Shown here one piece after another: positions 36,353-44,652 of a DNA stretch of 64,000 nucleotides. This DNA comes from Patescibacteria group bacterium (GTDB lineage: Bacteria; Patescibacteriota; Minisyncoccia; UBA6257; GWB1-50-10). A model generated the notes under the pieces. It searched no databases and had not been told where the DNA came from. It worked only from the letters and a program-made list of their open reading frames with translations. Where the stretch lies: positions 5,748 to 69,747 of the forward strand of contig JBFLWN010000006.1 in assembly GCA_040757555.1 (NCBI GenBank), in the 5' to 3' direction. Each line of letters starts with the position of its first letter. Positions within the stretch are counted from its first letter, which is position 1. The translations under genes were made by a program, and so were the position numbers.

Positions 36353-36976
36353 CTACAAAAGCTTTTCTTGATCCCCTGAATTCATAGTTTCTTCGTGGCT
36401 CGGTTCTTTTTGTATTAACGTATTATATTTTTTTATCACTAACGGAAGTTTATAAAAACTCTCCGTCAATTTTTTTAGCATTTCCGTTGAGCGCAATCCT
36501 GCGGCGGGATGAAGAAGTGGGACAAGAAGTTTTCCGTTTCCAATTCTGAATATTTTCCCCTGATCTCGAGTTATTTTTGCGGTAGGAATAAAATAATTCA
36601 TTGAAAAACGCCCAAGTGTTGCAATAATTTTCGGACTAATAATTTCTATTTGTCTTGTGAGGTATGGCCTATATGCCTCAATTTCTTCGGGAAGCGGGTC
36701 CCTATTCATTGGGGGGCGACGTTTCACAATATTTGTAATATATACATCCTCGCGTTTCCACCCAACCGCCTCGGTAAGTTTATCAAGTAATTTTCCTGAT
36801 CGCCCAACAAATGGGCGTTTTAGTTCGTCTTCTTTTTTCCCGGGCGCTTCTCCAATAAACAATATGTCGCAGTTAATATTTCCCTCACCAAATACGAGGT
36901 TTGATTCTCGAAGCGGGAGAGATGCGTCTTCTATCAATTCTTTTTCAAGTTTCTTTAATAACTCTTCTTTAGACAT
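36353..36976 (-). CDS. uracil-DNA glycosylase, family 4
   Basis: Family-4 UDG motif A GEAPGKKEDELKRPFVGRSGKLL (GEAPG...PFVG.SG). 207 aa. Coupled to murB (14-nt gap). Confidence 0.8.
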   Translation of the reverse strand: MSKEELLKKLEKELIEDASLPLRESNLVFGEGNINCDILFIGEAPGKKEDELKRPFVGRSGKLLDKLTEAVGWKREDVYITNIVKRRPPMNRDPLPEEIEAYRPYLTRQIEIISPKIIATLGRFSMNYFIPTAKITRDQGKIFRIGNGKLLVPLLHPAAGLRSTEMLKKLTESFYKLPLVIKKYNTLIQKEPSHEETMNSGDQEKLL

Positions 36977-36990
36977 GGTTCAATTATAAA

Positions 36991-37911
36991 TCAAAAACGA
37001 ATTATTTCCTCTTCTAAATTGATTTTAAATCTTGTTTTTACCATTTTTTTAAGAAGGGTCGTAATGTTGTTTACATCTTCTGCTGTTGCGTTCCCTATAT
37101 TGATAAAAAGATTCCCGTGATAATCCGCAACTTTTATTCCTCCTACACACATTCCCTTCGCCCCAATAGATTCAAGAAGGTATCCGGCCGGAATTTTTCC
37201 TTCAATAATTTTTGAAGTGTCAATTTTTTTTATTGTATTTTTGGAAATGTTTTTTGCTAAAACGTTTTTGAAAAAACTTCCGGGACATTTTAGTGTGGGG
37301 GGGTATTTTTTGTTTCGTATCAGTCTTATATTTTTTGAGACGTCACGCGCGGTGTTTTTTTTGTTTCTTTTGAGAATAATTTTTACCCTCAAAATAATCA
37401 GATTTTTTCTCTTAAAAAGACTTTCCCGATATCCAAATTTACACATATTCCGACTCATCCAAAATATCTTTTTTCCGTCAAATATCTGAACCATATGTAC
37501 TACTTCGGAAATAGAGTGTCCATATGCCCCCGCATTTCCGTATACCGCACCCCCAATTGTTCCGGGAATCGCGGTGAGTGACTCAAGTCCACTATATCCA
37601 TCGCGAAGTGATTTTTTTACAACCGAATCAAGCAACACCCCGGAATCAACAATATATTTGTTTCTATCCCGTACTATTTTTCCCCCACGGACACAAACTA
37701 ACAATTCTTTGAAATTATTTCTTTCAAAAAATATATTACTGCCCCCAGCAAAGATTTTCATGGAAAATTTTTTCCCTTTTGCCCACAAGGCCGCGGATAC
37801 AACATCTTCAGGTTTTTTTGCCAAAAAAAATAACTCGGCATTTCCCCCAATGCCAAATGTTGAATATTTTTTAAGCAAAATATTTTTTTGAATCTTTATA
37901 TTATCTTCCAT
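36991..37911 (-). CDS. murB: UDP-N-acetylenolpyruvoylglucosamine reductase MurB (ORF track extends to 37995 across the tRNA; ATG at 37911 MEDNIKIQ is the real start)
   Basis: FAD-binding N-terminus YSTFGIGGNAELFFLAKKPEDVVSAALWAKGKKFSMKIFAGGSNIFF and the MurB C-terminal domain. The upstream in-frame extension overlaps a folded tRNA, so the start is set at the internal Met. Confidence 0.85.
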   Translation of the reverse strand: MEDNIKIQKNILLKKYSTFGIGGNAELFFLAKKPEDVVSAALWAKGKKFSMKIFAGGSNIFFERNNFKELLVCVRGGKIVRDRNKYIVDSGVLLDSVVKKSLRDGYSGLESLTAIPGTIGGAVYGNAGAYGHSISEVVHMVQIFDGKKIFWMSRNMCKFGYRESLFKRKNLIILRVKIILKRNKKNTARDVSKNIRLIRNKKYPPTLKCPGSFFKNVLAKNISKNTIKKIDTSKIIEGKIPAGYLLESIGAKGMCVGGIKVADYHGNLFINIGNATAEDVNNITTLLKKMVKTRFKINLEEEIIRF

Positions 37912-37985
37912 GGTGCCCTCGAGAGGAGTTGAACCTCTATTTCCAGCTTCGGAGGCCAGCGTTCTATCCATTAAACTACGAGGAC
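37911..37985 (-). tRNA. tRNA-Arg (anticodon CCG), CCA encoded; sandwiched between the Wzy-like gene stop and the murB start
   Basis: Minus-strand read GTCCTCG-TA-GTT..AAC-G-CTGGC-CTCCGAA-GCTGG-AAAT-AGAGG-TTCAACT-CCTCT-CGAGGGC-A-CCA. Acceptor 7 bp with one U-G; T-arm perfect; anticodon loop CTCCGAA (U33, CCG, A37). The anticodon stem has two G-U pairs. Confidence 0.7.
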
Positions 37986-39373
37986 GACCCCTCACTTACT
38001 CCCATCATTATTCCCAAAACCAACCAAAGCATCAACCTCCCCGACTCAAGTGTCCAAAGAAAGTGATCAAACAACCCAAACACAAGAAGGTTGGAAAAGA
38101 GAATAACACCAAACCAAAAATATTCCGGTGGAGACCTCAAAAAAATAAAAAATCTCCTACCTAAAGAAATGGGGAGGGCGACAAAACCAATAGACAAAAA
38201 AGAAAGGAGGCCACATATTCCAAGTTCAGACGCGATAAGAAGATAAAGATTGTGGATTGGTTGCCAATCAATGGAATTATGAATTTTATATTTTCCGTAT
38301 AAATTATTTTCCTTTGAAAAAAAGATTTGATTCCCAACTCCAACGCCACGTGGTTCTTGTAACACAATATCTCGCCCAATGTTGTTATAGAGCACCCGAT
38401 AGTTTACCGATGGTTCGTTTCGAGAAAGTGTCGCTCTGGGGAAAATTGCCCACCCAAGTGAAAGAAAAAGAAGCATAAACAGTGCACACACAATAAAAAA
38501 GAGATGGAGCGTCTGTTTTCGTGTGTGTTCATACAAAAAACCAACACACAATGAAATAACAATTCCAAATAAAGAAACAATCCATCCCGAACGAGAAAAT
38601 GTAAGTACAATACCAACAAGGATTATAAATAAGGAAATAGAGATAATTGTTCGGAAAAATAATCGCTTTTTTAGAAAATCTTTAAAAGATGATATGGTCG
38701 TCTGTTTTCTATTTATCCATAAAAAGAGGCACGAAATAAGCCCCACCACAAGAAATCCGGCAAGTATGTTTGCATGAGCCATCGTACCATATGCACGAAG
38801 AAGGGGTACCCCAAACACGGGAAAGCGAGCGACATTGGTGGAAAATTCATTAATAATCGATTCCCCTAAAAACCACACCCCAACACTTTTTTGTAAGAAA
38901 AACTGAAAAAATCCAACAAAAGCCTGAAATACGGCAGCGGAGACAAACACATAGACAACGGGGGTGATAGAAAAAATATTTTTCTTTATCAAAAAAAACA
39001 AAAAAATACCTTGAAATATAGTATAGAGAAGACGGAGAAAAAAATATGCGCTTATAAAAATGTGAGAAGAAAAAAGAAGGGAGAGGAGAGAAAAAAAAGA
39101 AAATATGGAGAGAAAAACGAATATCTTTTTTTTCTCTTTACAGAAGGAGGAAAACTCCTGAAACATATTCTTAAAATTTCCAAAAAACGCGGTATATATG
39201 AAGAAAAACGAAAGGAGAAATAGTATGTCACTCAAAAAGACAAACACCGCGTCAAACTCGCTTGTTCCCCCAGTAAAAGAATAGATAAATTTTTTTGTTC
39301 CAAGGGGTATTGAAAAGAGAAACAAAAAAAATACAATACGTGAAATATTTTTATTCTGTAGAATGTTTGTCAT
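37976..39373 (-). CDS. O-antigen ligase/polymerase-like (Wzy_C domain) polytopic membrane protein
   Basis: 465 aa, ~10-12 TM helices, with the Wzy_C-type motif ILTFSRSGWIVSLFGI in a periplasmic loop region. The last three codons overlap the 5' end of tRNA-Arg(CCG). Confidence 0.5.
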   Translation of the reverse strand: MTNILQNKNISRIVFFLFLFSIPLGTKKFIYSFTGGTSEFDAVFVFLSDILFLLSFFFIYTAFFGNFKNMFQEFSSFCKEKKKIFVFLSIFSFFSLLSLLFSSHIFISAYFFLRLLYTIFQGIFLFFLIKKNIFSITPVVYVFVSAAVFQAFVGFFQFFLQKSVGVWFLGESIINEFSTNVARFPVFGVPLLRAYGTMAHANILAGFLVVGLISCLFLWINRKQTTISSFKDFLKKRLFFRTIISISLFIILVGIVLTFSRSGWIVSLFGIVISLCVGFLYEHTRKQTLHLFFIVCALFMLLFLSLGWAIFPRATLSRNEPSVNYRVLYNNIGRDIVLQEPRGVGVGNQIFFSKENNLYGKYKIHNSIDWQPIHNLYLLIASELGICGLLSFLSIGFVALPISLGRRFFIFLRSPPEYFWFGVILFSNLLVFGLFDHFLWTLESGRLMLWLVLGIMMGVSEGSSS

Positions 39374-39378
39374 TGTCT

Positions 39379-40503
39379 TTAAAGACCAAACACAATATTC
39401 AAAACCTCATATATAATAGCAATAAAAAATACTATATAGAGAGTGCCAGCAATTTTTCTGAACTTATGGAGAGGAAATGCGCGTTGCCACATACGAGTAA
39501 CAAAAATTCCCTCAAACGCAATAAAAATACCCCCCACAAGACCAAGTACTAAAAGAAAATCCTTAAATCCAAACGCATAAAGGACAAGAGGGAGAAAGAG
39601 GGAGGTACCCGCGCCAATCCATTTGGGCCACCGAGCGTCAAGTGTAAGAATGTCTTTTATGTTTATCCCAATAACAAAATATGAATCCCACAAAGCGATA
39701 AGTCCCAATATTCCAAGAAGTGCCGAAATAAGGGGCGAAAGAAATGTAAGCCCACTAAAGGTGTCTGGAGAAATAGCCCCCCCAAGTCGAAACACACTCA
39801 AAACAAAAAAGAGATAGATAACTGCGGGGACAATAGTTCCCCACACAAGCGACTTTTTGATTGAAAAAGGGTTTCCTTCTTCTTTTGATTTTCTATATTC
39901 CTCAACAACCTTAGAAACGGCGGGACGACCGGAAAAAGAGAAAAGTAGTGGACCAAAAGGAAGAAGGAGTAGTTTCCAATCGACGTTTGAAGGAAAAAGA
40001 GAAAAATTGGAGTTATTTGTTGTTAGGCCTCCAATAAAGAAAATGAAGATTACGACCACAATAATAGAGAGGGTACTCAATACTTCAATAACGCCAAGCC
40101 AATTAAGACGAATAAACATAAAAATGGAACTACATGCCCAAAACAATAAGACTGGGATGGTTCCTTTTATCCCGAATCCAAAATCCAAAAATGTTTCCGC
40201 AAGTATAAGATATACCACAAGAGCAAAGAGTAATTCACCAATAACAAAAAATGAAGCGAGGTGCGATGTTTTTTTCGAAAGATGTTTTCGTGCAAGCGCA
40301 AAAAAATCATGTGGTTCGTTCTCTTTTAAGAGAAGTTCTGAGTACATAAAATAGAAGGCGATATACACCACACTGAATAATATGAGATAAAGAATGCCGG
40401 GAATAATCCCAACACGATAGAAAAGATATGGGAGTGAAAAAATGCCGGCACCGATAATTGTACCGGCAAGTAACCCCACCGAAAGAACCGCTGATTTATT
40501 CAT
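39379..40503 (-). CDS. amino acid permease-like transporter (APC/AAAP-like, ~11 TM)
   Basis: 374 aa. N-terminal AGTIIGAGIFSLPY resembles the G-x-G-I/V-F-x-LP motif of amino acid/auxin permease and aromatic amino acid transporter families. Confidence 0.5.
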   Translation of the reverse strand: MNKSAVLSVGLLAGTIIGAGIFSLPYLFYRVGIIPGILYLILFSVVYIAFYFMYSELLLKENEPHDFFALARKHLSKKTSHLASFFVIGELLFALVVYLILAETFLDFGFGIKGTIPVLLFWACSSIFMFIRLNWLGVIEVLSTLSIIVVVIFIFFIGGLTTNNSNFSLFPSNVDWKLLLLPFGPLLFSFSGRPAVSKVVEEYRKSKEEGNPFSIKKSLVWGTIVPAVIYLFFVLSVFRLGGAISPDTFSGLTFLSPLISALLGILGLIALWDSYFVIGINIKDILTLDARWPKWIGAGTSLFLPLVLYAFGFKDFLLVLGLVGGIFIAFEGIFVTRMWQRAFPLHKFRKIAGTLYIVFFIAIIYEVLNIVFGL

Positions 40504-40512
40504 ATGTGTGAG

Positions 40513-40779
40513 TTACTCTTCTAAAAATACTTCGTCGCCTTCCCGCACCTTGTCGCCTACTTTAATTCCGACTTCCTGACCCTTCTTTGCACTCTCAATG
40601 CCCTTATGATCATACTGCATTGATTTTATTTTTTCGGAAAAATCTGTCGTCGCCCCCTTAAATTGAATTTTCTCACCAACTTTTACTGGTTTGTTAAATT
40701 TCACTATCGCCACATCGATCGCTCCAAAAAAATGAGTTACGGTTCCGATTGGTTTTTTCGCGGCAATTTTTTTTGGCAT
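40513..40779 (-). CDS. hypothetical small protein, beta-barrel (EF-Tu domain-2-like) pattern
   Basis: 88 aa with a G..V..G.V......V..GD.V periodicity reminiscent of translation-factor beta-barrel domain 2. Weak. Confidence 0.3.
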   Translation of the reverse strand: MPKKIAAKKPIGTVTHFFGAIDVAIVKFNKPVKVGEKIQFKGATTDFSEKIKSMQYDHKGIESAKKGQEVGIKVGDKVREGDEVFLEE

Positions 40780-40786
40780 ATATTAT

Positions 40787-41410
40787 TTAAAGTATTCGGC
40801 CTTTTGTTCCATTCTTTTTTTCTTCTTCCTCTATTTCTTCAAGAACTTTATCAAGGAGTGTACTTGGATCCTCTGAATATACCACCCTTCCAGGACCACG
40901 ATGTGCATTTTCTACAATTCCCCGTAAATTATCAGCCATACCACCCGTTCCTTCGAGAACTCCTATTGGTTTTTTATCTTCAAACGCAATAGTAAATTCA
41001 TTCAGTGTTCCTATTCTTCCACAAATAGTAATCACTGCGTCGGACGAACGAATAAGGAGTAGGTTTCTTCCCGCATAATTGAACCCAGTATAAATAATGA
41101 GATCGTGATAGTCGGTGGGAAGTTGGTACGTCTTTATGTGTGCAATTTTTGATGCTGCCGGAGAAAGTCCGATCACAATTCCCCCCTCTGATTTTGCTCC
41201 TTTTGCGGCCCAATATGGCGTCCCTGTGGTTGCGCCCGTCACAAGTACCAATCCTCTTTTTGCGATTTCTCTCCCTAGTGCCTCAGCTTTTTCTTGTGTT
41301 CCTTCTGCACAACACCCTGTTTCTGCCGCTCCTGAAATACAAATTTTATATTTAAGATGGAAGCTATTGTTGTTTTTTTTGTTTTCAAAATTTATTTTTT
41401 TTCGTGGCAT
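40787..41410 (-). CDS. LOG/TIGR00725-family Rossmann-fold protein (SLOG/'lysine decarboxylase-like')
   Basis: ICISGAAE...VLVTGATTG...DLIIYTGFNYAGRNLLLIRSSDAVITICGRIGTLNEF pattern matches the YgdH/LOG/TIGR00725 family (GGxGT(M/L)xE). Confidence 0.6.
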   Translation of the reverse strand: MPRKKINFENKKNNNSFHLKYKICISGAAETGCCAEGTQEKAEALGREIAKRGLVLVTGATTGTPYWAAKGAKSEGGIVIGLSPAASKIAHIKTYQLPTDYHDLIIYTGFNYAGRNLLLIRSSDAVITICGRIGTLNEFTIAFEDKKPIGVLEGTGGMADNLRGIVENAHRGPGRVVYSEDPSTLLDKVLEEIEEEEKKNGTKGRIL

Positions 41411-41429
41411 AAATATTTATTTGTTTCAA

Positions 41430-42788
41430 TTATAACATCACTGACTCCTGAAAAGAAGGAATTTCTACCTCGCATCCAATTTTGTTCTTTATTTCTTCAG
41501 AAAGCGCCTCTGATTCATTTTCCTCTCCTTGTACAATAAATATTTTTTTCACCGAGTCTTTCATGTGCGATGCCCATTGCAAAAGCTGTACTTGATCTGC
41601 GTGGGCAGAATATCCACTAATTGACTCCACGTGGGCACGTACATGAATTTTTTCTCCGGATATTATCACCGAAGGATTTTTTTCTATAATAGCTCTTCCA
41701 AGTGATCCCCTTGCTTGGAATCCAACAAACAAAATGGTGTTGTTTTGGTCTTCAAGATATTGTTTTTCGTGAAACAACACCCTCCCCCCTTGAGACATTC
41801 CTGCTCCCGCAATAATAATTTTCGGTGGGGGGGTTTTTGAAATATTTTTTGATTCCTCTTGTGTAAGGGTAAAACGAAGCCCAGGAAAATCAAAAATATT
41901 ATCCCCGCTATTCATATGACTAATTGCTTCATTGTTAAAATACATTGGATCGCTGATATATTTTTCGTACACGGCAGTAAGTTTAATAGCAAGTGGGCTA
42001 TCAACGAACATTGGTATGTTTGGTATTTTTTTGTGTTCAACAAGTTCATTTAATTCAAAGAGCATTTCCTGTGTTCGTTCAAGCGCAAACGCGGGAATAA
42101 GAAGCACCCCCTTTTTTTGTATTGTTTCATGAATAATATTCTCAAGCTCGTTTTTTCTCTCATTGAGTTTTTCGTGAATTCGTCCTCCGTATGTCGACTC
42201 AATAAGTACATAATCTACGGACACCCGTATTGGTTCCCCTTCTTTTAAAAATGGTTTATATATATTTCCCAAATCCCCAGAAAACACCACCACCTTTCCC
42301 TCCACACGAACCACAATAGAACTCGAACCCAATACGTGCCCCGCATCATAAAATTCAATTTCAAACGGACCTATGTTGAACTTTTCGTGATATGAATGCT
42401 TTTGCCACAACCCCATTGTTTTTATGATGTCTCCTACCACGTATATTGGCGGAAGTTCTCGTTCACTCGCCTCCAAAGAGAGAATGTGTTCCGCGTCCAT
42501 AAGAAGCGCGTCCGCCATATCCCTTGTGGGGGGCGTGGAATAGATGTGACCAAAAAATCCCTGTTTTACGAGTTGTGGAATCCTTCCAATGTGGTCAATG
42601 TGCGCGTGGGTCACACACACCGCATCAATCTCTTTCGGGTTATATGGAAACGGCTCAAAGTTTATATCTTCGGAATAATTTGATCCCTGATGTAATCCAC
42701 AATCAATCAATATTTTTGTTCCGCCAGATTCAAGTAAATAGTTTGCACCGGTTACCGCCCGTGCCCCCCCATAAAATGTAAGTTTCAT
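41430..42788 (-). CDS. MBL-fold metallo-hydrolase with beta-CASP domain (CPSF/RNase-J-like RNA-metabolising beta-lactamase)
   Basis: MKLTFYGGARAVTGANYLLE...ILIDCG...VCVTHAHIDHIG (HxHxDH) plus downstream beta-CASP motifs. 452 aa, shorter than bona fide RNase J. A second RNase-J-family protein in this window. Confidence 0.7.
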   Translation of the reverse strand: MKLTFYGGARAVTGANYLLESGGTKILIDCGLHQGSNYSEDINFEPFPYNPKEIDAVCVTHAHIDHIGRIPQLVKQGFFGHIYSTPPTRDMADALLMDAEHILSLEASERELPPIYVVGDIIKTMGLWQKHSYHEKFNIGPFEIEFYDAGHVLGSSSIVVRVEGKVVVFSGDLGNIYKPFLKEGEPIRVSVDYVLIESTYGGRIHEKLNERKNELENIIHETIQKKGVLLIPAFALERTQEMLFELNELVEHKKIPNIPMFVDSPLAIKLTAVYEKYISDPMYFNNEAISHMNSGDNIFDFPGLRFTLTQEESKNISKTPPPKIIIAGAGMSQGGRVLFHEKQYLEDQNNTILFVGFQARGSLGRAIIEKNPSVIISGEKIHVRAHVESISGYSAHADQVQLLQWASHMKDSVKKIFIVQGEENESEALSEEIKNKIGCEVEIPSFQESVML

Positions 42789-42794
42789 AAAAAT

Positions 42795-43385
42795 TTATTT
42801 CAGTTTCCCAATATTTTTTAATACACTCCGCAAACGATCTTCAAATGACGCGTCTTCGCGAAAAGATTTTTGCGTTGTTTGTATCGCTTGTTTTGCTTCT
42901 TTTTGTTGATATCCAAGACTTACCAGCGCTTCTTCTAATTCAATATTCACGTCCATTGATTTTGTAAGCGATGATGATGTATATAAATTGAGTTTGTTTT
43001 GGAGTTCAACAACAATCCTTTCCGCTGTTTTCTTTCCAATTCCGGACGCGCGTATTAAAAGATCGACGCGCTTCTCGAGAATCGCAGCAGTAATATTTTG
43101 CACCGAATCAACATCAAGCACATTTAATGCGGTGCGTGGCCCAACCCCAGGAACGGTGTTTAATAATTCAAAAAAAGAAAGAGATGGCTCGTCCAAAAAG
43201 GCAAATACATTAATTTGATTTTCAGATGAATGAAGAAAACAAAAAAAACGAACAGGGGTGCCCCCTATAGAAATTTTTTCGTGTGTGTGTTTGTTGGTGA
43301 ATAGTTTAAATCCGATTCCCATAACTTCGAGAACAAAGAAATTGGATTTTTTCTCCACAACTACTCCACTCAGGGTATATAACAT
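42795..43385 (-). CDS. ruvA: Holliday junction branch-migration protein RuvA
   Basis: OB-fold N-terminus (MLYTLSGVVVEK...FVLEVMGIGFKL); helix-hairpin-helix LLNTVPGVGPRTALNVL; C-terminal RuvB-interaction domain. 196 aa. Confidence 0.85.
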   Translation of the reverse strand: MLYTLSGVVVEKKSNFFVLEVMGIGFKLFTNKHTHEKISIGGTPVRFFCFLHSSENQINVFAFLDEPSLSFFELLNTVPGVGPRTALNVLDVDSVQNITAAILEKRVDLLIRASGIGKKTAERIVVELQNKLNLYTSSSLTKSMDVNIELEEALVSLGYQQKEAKQAIQTTQKSFREDASFEDRLRSVLKNIGKLK

Positions 43386-43452
43386 ATTATTTTCATTATA
43401 TCAGCGAAGGGAATATCCTGCACTCTCTCAGATTCAATTTTTCGCTCCCTGG

Positions 43453-43481
43453 TTGACCTTTTGCGGGGTTTGATTTAATAT
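43453..43481 (+). promoter_or_regulatory. sigma-70-like promoter TTGACC - 17 nt - TAATAT upstream of rpsT
   Basis: -35 TTGACC 43453-43458, -10 TAATAT 43476-43481, 10 nt upstream of the rpsT ATG (leaderless-like or short leader). Confidence 0.5.
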
Positions 43482-43490
43482 TCTACCGTT

Positions 43491-43748
43491 ATGCCAAAAA
43501 CAACATCTGCACAAAAGGCGCTCAGACAAAACGTCCGCCGAAATAAGAGGAATAATGAACGGAAATCCAACATAAAAATGGTGGTAAAAAAGTTCAAAAA
43601 ATTTATCGAAACAAACCAGATAAAAGAAGCTGAAGCGTATCTCCCTACGGTATATAAGACGCTGGATAAAACAGGAAAAAGCGGTCTTATAAAACACGGA
43701 AAAATAAATCGCATAAAATCACGACTTACAAAAAAGATAAAAAAATAA
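43491..43748 (+). CDS. rpsT: 30S ribosomal protein S20
   Basis: MPKTTSAQKALRQNVRRNKRN... is the canonical S20 N-terminus. 85 aa. Terminator aaccctcaagggtt plus T-tract at 43749-43772. Confidence 0.9.
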   Translation: MPKTTSAQKALRQNVRRNKRNNERKSNIKMVVKKFKKFIETNQIKEAEAYLPTVYKTLDKTGKSGLIKHGKINRIKSRLTKKIKK

Positions 43749-43758
43749 CCCTCAAGGG

Positions 43759-44571
43759 TTATTTTTTTATTGCGAATTCAAGAAGTGCTTCTTCGTATCC
43801 TATTTTTCCGCTTTTCACCAACACGTCATAATTGGCAAATAAAAACGTTTCTGATCCCCTTACCAATGCCGAGACGAGATTAAAAAGGTGTGCGGGGGCT
43901 TCATTTTGTAAAAACGCTTTTTCAAGCGAAGAAAGACGCGTGGAAATATTTTTTTCATACACAATTCCTCGAGCAAGAGAAAATAATTCTTCGTGAGTGT
44001 GCACTTTAATATATTCGGAGAGGTTGTTTTTTTGTATTGGCATTGGAAGCTCTAAAAGTGATAATTTTTCCAATTCGTGAATTATGTGCCAGGAGAGATT
44101 GTGTTCACGGGAAATAATAAACGAAGTAAAAAGGTGTGACGCGTCTTCCATAAAAGAAATGTGCAATTCTTCTGATCTCTTTTTTATGAAACTCTGAAGT
44201 GGTTTTCCTTCCAATTCACAAAATTCCATTTTTTGTACACCCTCGGAAAGAAGAAAACCAAAATTCTTTGTTGGCTCTTCTTCTTCGGAAAGAAACGTAA
44301 ATACTTTTTCTGTTTTCAGTTGGGATCGAAGTGTGTTTATCCACTCGGGTTCCTCAATGGTTGTTGCGTGTTTTATTATCGCAACCTTGGAGTCGACAAA
44401 CATAGATGGCTGAGTTAAAAAGTCCCTCACTTTTTTCCAATCATCTTCATCCTCTTGTATGTCGACTTCAAGTATATCTGCGTTTTTATATTTCTTTTTG
44501 TATGGGTCAACAAGACGGTTTAGTTTTTCTCTCCGTCGATAAGAATCTGAACCATATAAACAGAACAACAT
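43759..44571 (-). CDS. holA: DNA polymerase III delta subunit (HolA)-like
   Basis: 270 aa. N-terminus MLFCLYGSDSY resembles holA starts (xxLxYGxDxxL). Three-domain clamp-loader delta size with an inactive AAA+-like fold and no Walker A. Moderate, memory-based. Confidence 0.5.
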   Translation of the reverse strand: MLFCLYGSDSYRRREKLNRLVDPYKKKYKNADILEVDIQEDEDDWKKVRDFLTQPSMFVDSKVAIIKHATTIEEPEWINTLRSQLKTEKVFTFLSEEEEPTKNFGFLLSEGVQKMEFCELEGKPLQSFIKKRSEELHISFMEDASHLFTSFIISREHNLSWHIIHELEKLSLLELPMPIQKNNLSEYIKVHTHEELFSLARGIVYEKNISTRLSSLEKAFLQNEAPAHLFNLVSALVRGSETFLFANYDVLVKSGKIGYEEALLEFAIKK

Positions 44572-44652
44572 ATACCAACATTATAGGGAACTTGTGTGTT
44601 TTGAAAAGGCATTTCTTTGCTCAAAAAACAAAAAGAGGTAAAATAGATAATA

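Noticed and set aside
37912-37995. N-terminal 28-codon extension of murB in the ORF track (MRGRPRSLMDRTLASEAGNRGSTPLEGT)
   Set aside because: These codons are the reverse-strand reading of the tRNA-Arg(CCG) gene itself. MurB homologs begin at the internal MEDNIKIQ.
37910-38164. 84-aa plus-strand ORF over tRNA-Arg(CCG) and the Wzy-like gene 3' end
   Set aside because: Antisense to the tRNA and to a long membrane-protein gene; no supporting signals.
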